Assembly: GCA_965219455.1 (NCBI GenBank)
Contig: OZ244744.1
Location: 4,352,001 to 4,416,000, forward strand
DNA length: 64,000 bases
Reading direction: 5' to 3'
Source of the DNA: Candidatus Latescibacterota bacterium
GTDB taxonomy: Bacteria; Latescibacterota; UBA2968; GCA-2709665
Position numbers and translations under genes: made by a program. Below, piece by piece: positions 10,657 through 19,777 of the stretch (position 1 is the stretch's first letter; each line of letters starts with the position of its first letter). The notes beneath the pieces are model-generated. The model saw nothing but the letters and a program-made list of their open reading frames with translations, searched no databases and was not told the origin of the DNA.

Positions 10657-10941
10657 CTACGCTTTTCCTGCTTCCAATTCACCGATCTTTTCGATCAGCG
10701 CGTCGAGACGGTTGCGAACCGTCGGATAGGTGACGCCATAGAGCCTGGCAAGATCTTTGAGGTTTCCACTGGATTTCACCAGGTTGAGTATCAGCGAACG
10801 GTCTCCCGGATCCAGGCGCGTCAGGATCGGGAGCACATAGCAGCCCTGTACGACCGTACCGCAATGGTCGCATCCGAGCCGCGCAACGTGCAATTGATGG
10901 GCGCAACTGGGACACCGGACGGGAAGGGTCTTGTTTGACAT
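10657..10941 (-). CDS. DUF2089 family protein (Zn ribbon plus HTH)
   Basis: CPSC...CDHC and SSGNLKDLA...GVTYPTVRNRLD. Confidence 0.85.
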   Translation of the reverse strand: MSNKTLPVRCPSCAHQLHVARLGCDHCGTVVQGCYVLPILTRLDPGDRSLILNLVKSSGNLKDLARLYGVTYPTVRNRLDALIEKIGELEAGKA

Positions 10942-11156
10942 TGTGTGTCCTATATTTTATCAATAGTTTCTTTAGTTTTATTCCATACGGTCCCAGACGA
11001 AAAAAACAGGCGTTCCGGGTGCGCCGCCTGTGTTGCCAGTGTCGAGCCTGTGTAAACAAGCTTGGCGAAACGAAGACATTCCATTTACGCTGACTGCCAA
11101 CGACTCGCTATCGGAAAACCGCGCGAAATATTGTCACTGCGCGAAGCCTTGTTCTG

Positions 11157-11196
11157 CTCCCCCTTTCCTTTAGGAGAGGGGGCCGGCGGGAGAGGT
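11157..11196. repeat. REP-like palindrome (CCCCCTTTCC-TTTA-GGAGAGGGGG-CCGGCGGGAGAGG), partial second copy near 11304
   Basis: Intergenic hairpin plus G-rich tail; the tail recurs about 130 bp downstream. Confidence 0.5.
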
Positions 11197-11386
11197 CTGC
11201 GCCCTTCGCGGTCGTTCGCATAATAACGCTGACGTCAAATGATCGGGCTTTTGGTTCAAGCAGACGGCTGAGAGCTTATAGCTGCTTTTTGCTGTTTCTC
11301 GGCGGCCGGGGGGAGAGGTCCCCGCATAGCAGATGACCTGTTGTCCCTGAGATTTTCGGGACAGGATGGGACGCCTTTTGACACAT

Positions 11387-12127
11387 TCAGGCTCTTATTT
11401 CGTCCAGTGCCTTCTGCACGCCGGCTTCGAGGGTGCGCAGATCGCTGGCGATGTCCATGAATGTAAATCCCTCCCGTATGCGTTTCCTGACAATGTCCAG
11501 GCCGCGTTCGGGCATCCCGTAGGGTTTGCCGGCGTTTTTGCATCCGGATACGAATGTCTGTATGGCGTTCTCGTGGTCCGGGTGGCCCCGGTTCACACCC
11601 ATCGAGAGGGCCAGGTCGCCTGGCCCGAGGAAGCCGACGTCTATTCCCTCGACCGACATGATGGCTTCCGCGTTGTTGATGCCTTCCATGTCTTCAATTT
11701 GGGGTACGATCATCACCGCATCGTTGGCGCACTGGCGATATTCGTCGCCGTAGACGGCGACCCGGCCCGTACCGGCGGAGCGGGCGCCCTTGGGAGGGTA
11801 GCGCATGGCCTGCACGAGTGCTTCGGCCTGCCGGGGGGTGCTCACGTGCGGTACAATGATGCCGTAGGCGCCGGCGTCCAGGATGCGGGCAAGCGAGACG
11901 GGATCGTGGTCCCACGCGCGGACGAAGGGCACGGCGCCCCGGGCCTCGATGGCACGGAACGTGTCCGCGATCAGGGGGATGTCGAACGGCGAGTGTTCCG
12001 CGTCTATGGCCAGCCACTCGTATCCGGCGGCGGCCATGAGTTCGGCGGCCAGCGGGGAACCCAGGTTCAACCAGCCGCCAAGGGACAGTTCACCCCTGGA
12101 GAGTTTCGCTTTGACGGGATTTTCCAC
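11387..12127 (-). CDS. HpcH/HpaI aldolase family protein
   Basis: WLAIDAEHSP, LDAGAYGIIVP, YPPKGARS, QIED, FLGPGDL. Confidence 0.9.
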   Translation of the reverse strand: MENPVKAKLSRGELSLGGWLNLGSPLAAELMAAAGYEWLAIDAEHSPFDIPLIADTFRAIEARGAVPFVRAWDHDPVSLARILDAGAYGIIVPHVSTPRQAEALVQAMRYPPKGARSAGTGRVAVYGDEYRQCANDAVMIVPQIEDMEGINNAEAIMSVEGIDVGFLGPGDLALSMGVNRGHPDHENAIQTFVSGCKNAGKPYGMPERGLDIVRKRIREGFTFMDIASDLRTLEAGVQKALDEIRA

Positions 12128-12222
12128 CGGGTCTCCTTTTCAAGGTGTGGGCATACCAGCATGGACAGCGAATAGTTGACTTTAATTGCCGCTGCTCCGG
12201 GATCTTCGCCGCCTTCCGCCGA

Positions 12223-12246
12223 CCCTTCGACAGGCTCAGGGAGCGG
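12223..12246. repeat. REP-like unit CCCTTCGACAGGCTCAGGGAGCGG
   Basis: Short hairpin CCCT...AGGG; related reverse-strand copies near 35555-35610. Confidence 0.5.
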
Positions 12247-12275
12247 CTCAGGGGCCGGGGCTCAATGATGTCGTG

Positions 12276-13646
12276 TCACTCGATGCTCGATGAGGCCATT
12301 TCATATTCCCCCTGCACCCCTTTGACCGTACTCGAAGATCGGCGCTTGAATGACTTGCCGAATGCGGCGGCCAGACGCAGGGCCTGGTCCGGGTGATCGT
12401 CGACGAGGTTGACCCGTTCTCCGGGATCGTCCGGAAGATGGTACAGCTCATCGGGCTCCCCGTCCGGGCGCTGGATATAACTCCAGGTGTTGTCACGGGT
12501 GCAGCGGTCGGTACCGCCATGGTAACCGGTGATAATCGCCCGCCGGTGTTCATCCGCATCTCCGGTGAGCACGGGCATAAAGCTGCGACCCGCCATGGCG
12601 TCGGTGTTGCCGCGCAGGTCGAGTGCGTCGAGGAGGGTGGGCAGCACGTCCTGAAACTGTACGATCGCGGAAGTCCGGCGACCCCCGTGTTTCCCACCAG
12701 GCAGTCGGACAATGAACGGAACCTTGAGCAGTTCGTTGTACATCCGGTCCGCGCCCTTGAGGAATTTTCCGTGGTCGTTCAGAGGATGCCCGTGGTCGGC
12801 CAGCAGACAAATGACGCTGTCGTCGTAATATCCCAGGTTTCTCAGGGCTTCGAAGAGTCGCCCGAGGCAGTGGTCCACATAGGCGCACTCCCCCGCGTAG
12901 AGACCCTGGATATGGGAGATCTCGCCGGGTGAGGCCCAGTCTTCCGATGGGCCTCCCATTGGCATAATGAGGCGGGGGCCCCGGTAGCCGGGATCGGTGT
13001 AGCTATCGAATTCCGGAATGGGATCCCAGGGTTCGTGAGGGTCGAAGGAGTCCACCCAGAGCATGACGTTTTCGTGCGTGCGGTTCGTTTCCAACCAGCC
13101 GATGGCGCTGTCGACCACCTTCCAGGCAAATCCGTCTTCAGCCGAGTCGAAACCGTCGGTGTTGGCCAGGAATTGTGAGATGCGCCGGCGCCAGGTGTCG
13201 GGATAGTTCCCGTTGACGTAGTCCTCGATATTGCGTCTGGCGGGCGCGGAGATCCAGGGATCGTATTCCTGGCCGCGGATCCAGTCGTACGATGCGAAGT
13301 TCCGGTGGTAGTTCATCCCGGGAGCCCGGTAGTGGTACGTATCCGTAACGAGGCCGCAGACATAATCCTGCTCGGAAAGTATCTGGGCGACGTGGACGTC
13401 TTCCGGGGTGAGGGGTTGCCAGCCGCGGCTGTGCAGCGTGCGATGTCCGGTCATCAGCTGGCAGCGAATGGGAATGGTCGGCAGGGCTTCGGGGTAGGCA
13501 TTGTCGAATACGACAGCCTCTCGCGCAAATGCGTCGATATGCGGCGTCATGCACGCGCCGATGCCGGGAAAGGGCGCGGTTCCGCGGTTGTACAGGCTTA
13601 CGTGATCCTGTCGGAAGCTATCGAGTACGATGAAGACAACGTTCAT
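12276..13646 (-). CDS. sulfatase-fold (alkaline phosphatase superfamily) hydrolase
   Basis: VLDSFRQD, PTIPIR..LMTG, FDPHEPWDP, ADHG, ELY.L.DDPGE; ATGA overlap with the upstream enolase. Confidence 0.88.
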   Translation of the reverse strand: MNVVFIVLDSFRQDHVSLYNRGTAPFPGIGACMTPHIDAFAREAVVFDNAYPEALPTIPIRCQLMTGHRTLHSRGWQPLTPEDVHVAQILSEQDYVCGLVTDTYHYRAPGMNYHRNFASYDWIRGQEYDPWISAPARRNIEDYVNGNYPDTWRRRISQFLANTDGFDSAEDGFAWKVVDSAIGWLETNRTHENVMLWVDSFDPHEPWDPIPEFDSYTDPGYRGPRLIMPMGGPSEDWASPGEISHIQGLYAGECAYVDHCLGRLFEALRNLGYYDDSVICLLADHGHPLNDHGKFLKGADRMYNELLKVPFIVRLPGGKHGGRRTSAIVQFQDVLPTLLDALDLRGNTDAMAGRSFMPVLTGDADEHRRAIITGYHGGTDRCTRDNTWSYIQRPDGEPDELYHLPDDPGERVNLVDDHPDQALRLAAAFGKSFKRRSSSTVKGVQGEYEMASSSIE

Positions 13647-14809
13647 GAAGTCACTTCCTCCCGGGAAACGCGACGTTCCCAGCCGTCTCGGAAGAGCGGC
13701 AGGTGGTTGTTCACGGAATAGGGGTGTTTCCGGATCTCGTCCACGTTGAGATCGATGCCCAGGCCGGGTGCGGCAGGCACCCTGAAGTAGCCGTCGACGA
13801 CATCGAAACTTTCGCCCGTAACCAGGTCGCGCTCCCAGTCCACGTTGAATTCGTCGAAGGTTTCCTGAATGAAGTGGTTGGGTGTACAGGCCGCCAGTTG
13901 CAGGCAGATTGCTGTACAGACGGGGCCCTGGGCGTCGTGTGGCGCGACAACGCCATAGTGCGCGTCGACCATATCGCATATCATGCGGGTGGGCCAGAGT
14001 CCGCCGCAGGCCAGGGGTTCGGGCTGCAGGATGTGTACGACGTCGTGCTTCAGCAGTTCTGCAAACTGATATTTCGTATGCAGGCTTTCCCCCGTGGCAA
14101 TGGGCACTGGCGACTCTCTCGCGACCTGTGCGAGGGCGTCGATTTTGTGGTGAGGCGTCGGTTCCTCAAACCAGGTGGGGTTGTAGGGTTCCATCTTGCG
14201 GGCGAATTTGAGGGCGGTGGATGTACTGAAGCGGCAATGCCCTTCCACGAGAACGTCTACGCTGGGTCCCACGGCGTCGCGTACGGCCGCGATGATGTCG
14301 ATGGCCAGCGCCTCGTCGTCCAGGTCCGTAATCTGGTATGCGGAGCCGAAGGGGTCGAATTTGAGGGCCGTGTATCCTCGGCGAATCACGTTCTGCGCCT
14401 TCTCGTGAAAGTTCTCCGGCGTCCGCGGGCCGCGATACCAGCCATTTGCATAGGCTCTGATTCTGTCGCGCATCTGGCCGCCCAGAAGCTGGTAGACGGG
14501 TTTGTTCAGGCACTTGCCCATAATGTCCCAGCACGCGACTTCGATGGCCGCAACGGCGTGTTTATGAATCTGACCGCCGTCGGTGTACACGTCGCGGTAC
14601 ATCCGCTGGAGAATGCGTTCGGGCTGGAACGGATCCTGCCCTTCCCACTGCGGCCTGAGTTCGTGGATTGCGGCTTCAACCGTCCTGGCCATGAAGTTGA
14701 CAGTGCCTTCACCGACACCGTACACGCCCTCGTCCGTATGCACACGGGTAAAGAGCCAGTTTTTCCACGGGTTGCCCGCAATGAACGTTTCTACGTCCGT
14801 GATTTTCAT
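13643..14809 (-). CDS. mandelate racemase/enolase superfamily dehydratase (galactonate dehydratase-like)
   Basis: TDEGVYGVGE, WDIMGK, YANGW, KFDPFG, EGHCRF, WFEEP, IATGE. Confidence 0.9.
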   Translation of the reverse strand: MKITDVETFIAGNPWKNWLFTRVHTDEGVYGVGEGTVNFMARTVEAAIHELRPQWEGQDPFQPERILQRMYRDVYTDGGQIHKHAVAAIEVACWDIMGKCLNKPVYQLLGGQMRDRIRAYANGWYRGPRTPENFHEKAQNVIRRGYTALKFDPFGSAYQITDLDDEALAIDIIAAVRDAVGPSVDVLVEGHCRFSTSTALKFARKMEPYNPTWFEEPTPHHKIDALAQVARESPVPIATGESLHTKYQFAELLKHDVVHILQPEPLACGGLWPTRMICDMVDAHYGVVAPHDAQGPVCTAICLQLAACTPNHFIQETFDEFNVDWERDLVTGESFDVVDGYFRVPAAPGLGIDLNVDEIRKHPYSVNNHLPLFRDGWERRVSREEVTS

Positions 14810-15159
14810 GAAATACCTCTTGTCTGGCCCGGGGTTCGAATGTCGTGGAAACGGAACTCCAATATTATCCCTGAGTCCCGGCCCGTCAAGTCGAATTTCC
14901 GTGCCTGGCGTGCGTCTGGCCGGGCGCGGTTCGGGATTTCGCGGCGACCCTTAACTTTTTTCTTCACAATGACGCTGCGGTCGCGTAAGTTCGGATGGGT
15001 CGGGTTCTCTGTTTATACCGACGACTGTACGATGGCGTTTCGCGCCTGTACCGGGTGTACCGGTCTGCAAGGGGTACACCACGTGAAATCCATGCGGGCC
15101 GGATCGATGAATTCGCCCGACCCGCGAAGATGATGTTCCGGGATGTCCGGGTATACACA

Positions 15160-16128
15160 ATGGGGGGGCCGTTGGACCACGTATTGAAGATTTCAGATGC
15201 GGAAATCGAGGGAATACTCTCGGTTGAGGAGGTTCTCGAAAGCTGTGACCGGGCGTTCCGTCTCTATGGGATGGGACAGGTGTCGAATCCGCCGCGGCGG
15301 GAAACCGTGCGCAGGACGGAAGGCGCGGACCTGTTTCGCCTGGAGATGCCTGCGGAGTGGCCGGGGCGGTACCGCGCCAGGAAGGTGATTGTGGAGCGGT
15401 CGGATGTCTCTGCGGGGCGGCTTGCAGGGCGCACCGCCGTCGTCGAACTGGATGATCTGTCGACGGGCCGGAGGGCCGTCCTGGAGGCGGAATATCTGAC
15501 CAATATGCGGACGGGCGCGGCGGGCGCGTTGGGTGCGCGATACCTGGGCAGCAATGCGGAGGTGCTCGCGATTCTGGGCACAGGACGTATTTCACGGGCG
15601 CTTGCCGTGTGCGCCGACGCTGCCCTCGGGCCGCGCGAGATCCGGGCGACCAGCAGAAGCGCAGCCAACCTCGAGGCGTTCGCCTCGTTCGTGGAACCCA
15701 GGGTGAACGCCCGGGTACGGGTCCCCAACTCTATTGGCGACTGTCTGGACGGCGCGGATACCGTGCTGACGGCGGTTCCCACACCACGCCCGATTCTGGG
15801 TCGATCGGACATCGCGGACGCCGTGCATCTGTCCGTGATTGCGGGCGACCCGAGGACCGCTCAACTCGACGCCGGGCTGCTGAGCAGCCGGGAGGTGGTT
15901 GCCGACCATCCTGAACAGGCTCTGAAGTCGGGAGATTTCCTGTTGGCCGGGATGGGATGGGACCGGTTCGCCCAGGACGGCGAAGGACGCGTCCTGACCA
16001 TTGGAGACGCGGCGATGGGCCGTCTGGAAGACCGGCGCGGCCACGGCGCGATTGCCTATTTTACGGGGATGGCGATTCAGGATCTGATGGCTGCGGTGCA
16101 GGTGTATGAACGCGTGGCAGGGCGTTGA
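15160..16128 (+). CDS. ornithine cyclodeaminase / mu-crystallin family protein (start uncertain)
   Basis: LTNMRTGAAGALG, ILGTGRI Rossmann motif, TGMAIQDL. Confidence 0.82.
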   Translation: MGGPLDHVLKISDAEIEGILSVEEVLESCDRAFRLYGMGQVSNPPRRETVRRTEGADLFRLEMPAEWPGRYRARKVIVERSDVSAGRLAGRTAVVELDDLSTGRRAVLEAEYLTNMRTGAAGALGARYLGSNAEVLAILGTGRISRALAVCADAALGPREIRATSRSAANLEAFASFVEPRVNARVRVPNSIGDCLDGADTVLTAVPTPRPILGRSDIADAVHLSVIAGDPRTAQLDAGLLSSREVVADHPEQALKSGDFLLAGMGWDRFAQDGEGRVLTIGDAAMGRLEDRRGHGAIAYFTGMAIQDLMAAVQVYERVAGR

Positions 16129-16153
16129 GATTGGGGGTTATTCACGGGCAGGG

Positions 16154-16960
16154 TCATGAGTCGCGCTCGGCGGTCGCTTGTTTCGATTTGTTTTCCTTGG
16201 ATGCTTCCCATAGCCGGTCCATTTCTTCCAGACTGGCGTTCTGCGGGTTCTTTCCCTGTTTTCCGAGTTCCTGTTCTATATAACGAAATCGGGTCTCGAA
16301 TTTCCCGACGGTCTTCCGGAGCGCATTTTCCGGGCAGACTTTCAGAAACCTGGCGAGGTTGACCAGAGAGAAGAGGAGGTCGCCAAGCTCTTCTTCCACA
16401 CCCGTCTGGTCAGTGTCCCGCCACGCTTCCAGAAACTCGTCCACTTCCTCGCGTACTTTGTCTACAACCTCGTCGGTGTCTGTCCAGTCAAAGCCGGACC
16501 GGGCGGCCCGCTCCTGGACGCGTTGCGCACTGAGCAGTGCGGGAAGATGCCCGGGTATGCCGTCGAGGATGGAAGGGTTCAGGCCCTTCTCCCGCTTTTC
16601 CCGAGATTTGATGGATTCCCAGTTTTCAATCACTTGACCCGGGGTTTCCGCAGTGGCATTCCCGAATACGTGAGGATGCCTGCGAATGAGCTTTTCCGAC
16701 GTGGCCGCCGCCACGTCATCCAGGGTGAACCTGGCGTCCTCCCGGGCGAGTTGCGCGTGGAAGACGACTTGAAGGAGTACGTCGCCCAGTTCGTCGCGCA
16801 GACCATCGTCGTCATTCCGGTCGATGGCGTCCAGGGCTTCGTAGGTCTCTTCGATCAAATAGGGTTTGAGGCTCTGGTGCGTCTGCTCGCGGTCCCATGG
16901 GCATCCGTCCGGGCCGCGAAGCCGGGCCATGAGATTGACGAGACGATCGAGTTCGGACAT
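16154..16960 (-). CDS. mazG: nucleoside triphosphate pyrophosphohydrolase MazG
   Basis: LRGPDGCPWDREQT, EETYE, ELGDVLLQVVFH, KLIRRHPHVF, second EELGDLLF domain. Confidence 0.95.
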   Translation of the reverse strand: MSELDRLVNLMARLRGPDGCPWDREQTHQSLKPYLIEETYEALDAIDRNDDDGLRDELGDVLLQVVFHAQLAREDARFTLDDVAAATSEKLIRRHPHVFGNATAETPGQVIENWESIKSREKREKGLNPSILDGIPGHLPALLSAQRVQERAARSGFDWTDTDEVVDKVREEVDEFLEAWRDTDQTGVEEELGDLLFSLVNLARFLKVCPENALRKTVGKFETRFRYIEQELGKQGKNPQNASLEEMDRLWEASKENKSKQATAERDS

Positions 16961-17130
16961 CCGGGAATCCTCGAAAAAGCTGGGGTTAGACTGCGCATGG
17001 TAGTTCGGAGTTTGCGAGTCCCGGTCAAGTGAGTCGGTCCGGGAATTCGTCCGACGACAAACTACGCCGGAGGGCGGCAGGAGTCAATGGTTTTCGGGAA
17101 ACCGGGCGAGTATCGACGGAAAATTAGCCG

Positions 17131-17159
17131 TTGACAAAAGGCAGGGCGCAATGTATGTT
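17131..17159 (+). promoter_or_regulatory. sigma70-type promoter
   Basis: TTGACA-17 bp-TATGTT upstream of ORF 17245. Confidence 0.6.
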
Positions 17160-17244
17160 TCTCTCGTGCATCTGAATTGCAAAAACGACCCCGCAATTAA
17201 TGCGTTTCCGTTCCCGGATGTCCAAACGATCTGGAGGGGTATGA

Positions 17245-17700
17245 ATGAGCAAGTCGGTTAAGGATATTATGCGGAAAATTGGGAACGATGAACTCAAAGA
17301 TCAGGAACATGAGCGATTCAGGAAGAAGGCGGACGATGTTTCCGCATATTACGAAAACGAGGAAGATAAGTCGGAACTCGAGAAGCGGCACGACCGGTTT
17401 CGCCAGCGGCAGGAGTATACCAGCCGGCTCGGCCCGGCGGCCGAGCGCCTGCCCATCCTCACAAGGGAAGAGCAGGAACGTCGAGAAAAAGAACGACCCG
17501 CTCGCAGGGCGATCCAGTTCGAGGGTCCAATCGAAAAACTGATCGAAAAATACAACGACCCGAAAGAGGTGTTCAACCACCTGTCGCTCGGGCAGTTGAT
17601 GAAATACGAACTGCAAGCGGAGACCGGTTGCATTTACGAAAAGGGTAAGTTGATTTTCGACGGCGAGAAACTGGTAAACGACGTTGGTGAAAGGCGATGA
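17245..17700 (+). CDS. hypothetical highly charged protein
   Basis: GGAGGGG RBS, upstream promoter, 151 codons; no family recognised. Confidence 0.7.
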   Translation: MSKSVKDIMRKIGNDELKDQEHERFRKKADDVSAYYENEEDKSELEKRHDRFRQRQEYTSRLGPAAERLPILTREEQERREKERPARRAIQFEGPIEKLIEKYNDPKEVFNHLSLGQLMKYELQAETGCIYEKGKLIFDGEKLVNDVGERR

Positions 17701-17790
17701 ACGGAAGAATGAATCCGGTGATAGCGGGAACACGAGCCAAAAAAGTCGGAACCCGCGCCGTCGTCGATGCAGGGTAACCTTGATTCGTCA

Positions 17791-17890
17791 GTGCGCCGTG
17801 AAAAGGCGCGGAACTCCAGCGGGTGAAAGTCCCACCCGACAAATGTTGCTGCAGTCGGAAGCAATCGGAGCGGAGACGTAGGTAATGAAG
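17791..17890 (+). mobile_element. truncated 5' end (domain I start) of a group II intron
   Basis: Begins with the GTGCG consensus; GCGCC/GGCGC stem, GGGTGAAAGTCCC element, CCGAC/GTCGG stem; no RT ORF or domain V follows. Confidence 0.7.
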
Positions 17891-18400
17891 AGGTTTATTC
17901 CACTTATTGCGCTACTGTTGTCCTGCGGTGGAAGCGACAGTGAAGTTAATCCATTGGTCGGTGAATGGAACTTTGTCAGTCAAGATAATGAAAGGCTGAT
18001 TCATTATCTTGCTCATCACTTTGGCTCACGTGATCTTGCTATGGAATCCATTAAAGATATGCCGACATCAATTGAAGATTACGTGATTCGATTTAATGCA
18101 GATCTTACATATACCGATAGTTACGGTGCAAACGGAACCTGGAGTGCAACAAAAACTGTGGCGACATTAAGTGAGGGTTATGATGTATTTGTAATGCCTT
18201 ACGTTATTATGGACACGGAATTAGTGCTTACTCTTGGAAAAGTAGAAATGAAGACTTTTTTGTACGGGGGTGTCGGTGATGATGAGCTGTCTGAAATAGT
18301 TTCGTTTTATAGAACAACTATGCCTTATCGTTATACGAACCTTATTCAACTGACTTTTCGCCGTCAGGTGAGCGGTGTTCGGGTGGTTGGCCCGGCGTAG
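17885..18400 (+). CDS. AT-rich putative lipoprotein, lipocalin-like
   Basis: MKR-hydrophobic-LLLSC lipobox; LVGEW and GTWS motifs; visibly lower GC than flanks. Confidence 0.7.
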   Translation: MKRFIPLIALLLSCGGSDSEVNPLVGEWNFVSQDNERLIHYLAHHFGSRDLAMESIKDMPTSIEDYVIRFNADLTYTDSYGANGTWSATKTVATLSEGYDVFVMPYVIMDTELVLTLGKVEMKTFLYGGVGDDELSEIVSFYRTTMPYRYTNLIQLTFRRQVSGVRVVGPA

Positions 18401-18648
18401 GGGATTTCTAATTGCCTTTTAAACGAGGATTAACAATAACGAAACACGACTTTGGACCTCGTCAGAGTGGATTTTGAATTTTCGGAGTGGTCTCAAGGTT
18501 AATTGGCTGATCAACCGGCAGTCGTGTAAACCCTTTTTGGCCGATGTTTCCGTCCACTTTTGTCTTTGGTCAAGCCCTTCGGATCTCTGTGCTCCGAAGG
18601 GCTTCTTATTCCGGAGTCGGCGTGGGCGCATCGCCTCAGACTGCCAGA

Positions 18649-19575
18649 TCAGGGCTTCTTGTCCGTATTCGCTACACAGGCCTTGATGTATTCCCGAATT
18701 TTCTCTCCGCACTCGGGATCCTGAAGCGCAAAGTCGATAAACGCCCGGTAGTAACTTGCGTGGCTACCGATATCGTACCTCGTTTCGTCCGGCAGCAACC
18801 GCACGCATCTGACCGATTTTCCCCGACTTATAAGGCTCCGAATGGCGTCCGTAACGCCGAGTTCGCCACAGGTGGCCTGCGTCAGCCCGCGGATTTCGTC
18901 GAAGATGTCCGGGCTGAACACATAACGGGCGCTCACGGCCATAAGGCTGGGCGCTTCGGCTGCGCCGGGTTTTTCCACAAGGTCGTTAATGGAGAAGCTG
19001 TCTGGGTTCAGATCGTCTACCGGGTCCGGGGTGACAATACCGTAGCGCCCGACCATATCGCGCGTGACGGGGCGAACGCCCACGGTACAGGCTGAATCGT
19101 ATTTGAGATGCGATTCGATCATTCGTGCCAGAAAGTTCGGCGTGTGTCTGGTGTTGATGATGGTATCGCCGTAGGCAACAGCGAAATTCTCTTTGTCTAC
19201 GAAACTCTCGGCCGCGAGTATCGCCGCGCCCGTGCCCCGAAGTTTGATCGTGGGAGACAGGGCCTGTTGCCGGGTATAAAAAAACTCGATACCGCGCCGG
19301 CTGTAGTCGAAGTTACTCGGGTCATTCCAGCCGTGGTTCTGGTCCGACCCGGCGCCGAGGTCAACGTTGTTGTCGAACTGGTTTTCGATGATGGTCTTGC
19401 TGTGAGAGGTAATGAAGAGACATTTCTTCAGATTGGCGGCCGCCATCTCCTCCACGACATGCTGTATAGCGGGATATTTGCCTACTGGCAGCATTTCTTT
19501 TGGCAGGGCTCTTGTCGTGGGCAGCAATCGGGTGCCGAGCCCGGCAACCGGGATGACGACTTTTCTGACGCGCAT
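18649..19575 (-). CDS. galU: UTP--glucose-1-phosphate uridylyltransferase-like nucleotidyltransferase
   Basis: VIPVAGLGTRLLP.T...PKEMLPV, LVEKP, YDIG motifs. Confidence 0.8.
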   Translation of the reverse strand: MRVRKVVIPVAGLGTRLLPTTRALPKEMLPVGKYPAIQHVVEEMAAANLKKCLFITSHSKTIIENQFDNNVDLGAGSDQNHGWNDPSNFDYSRRGIEFFYTRQQALSPTIKLRGTGAAILAAESFVDKENFAVAYGDTIINTRHTPNFLARMIESHLKYDSACTVGVRPVTRDMVGRYGIVTPDPVDDLNPDSFSINDLVEKPGAAEAPSLMAVSARYVFSPDIFDEIRGLTQATCGELGVTDAIRSLISRGKSVRCVRLLPDETRYDIGSHASYYRAFIDFALQDPECGEKIREYIKACVANTDKKP

Positions 19576-19777
19576 AAACCATCCTTCCGAAGAGTAACCG
19601 GCCGGAAAGATAAACCTGGTTTGGTGCGTTGTCAATACAGAAGCGTCCTGATTTCCCGGGACTTCAAACAACCTCCGCGCCCGTGCGCCACGTTTAGAAT
19701 TCCTTTGCGCGCAATGCACAGATTCGATAGATTTTCTTGGTGACCCGATTGTGCGTCCTTTCGCGAAAGGTTCAACC

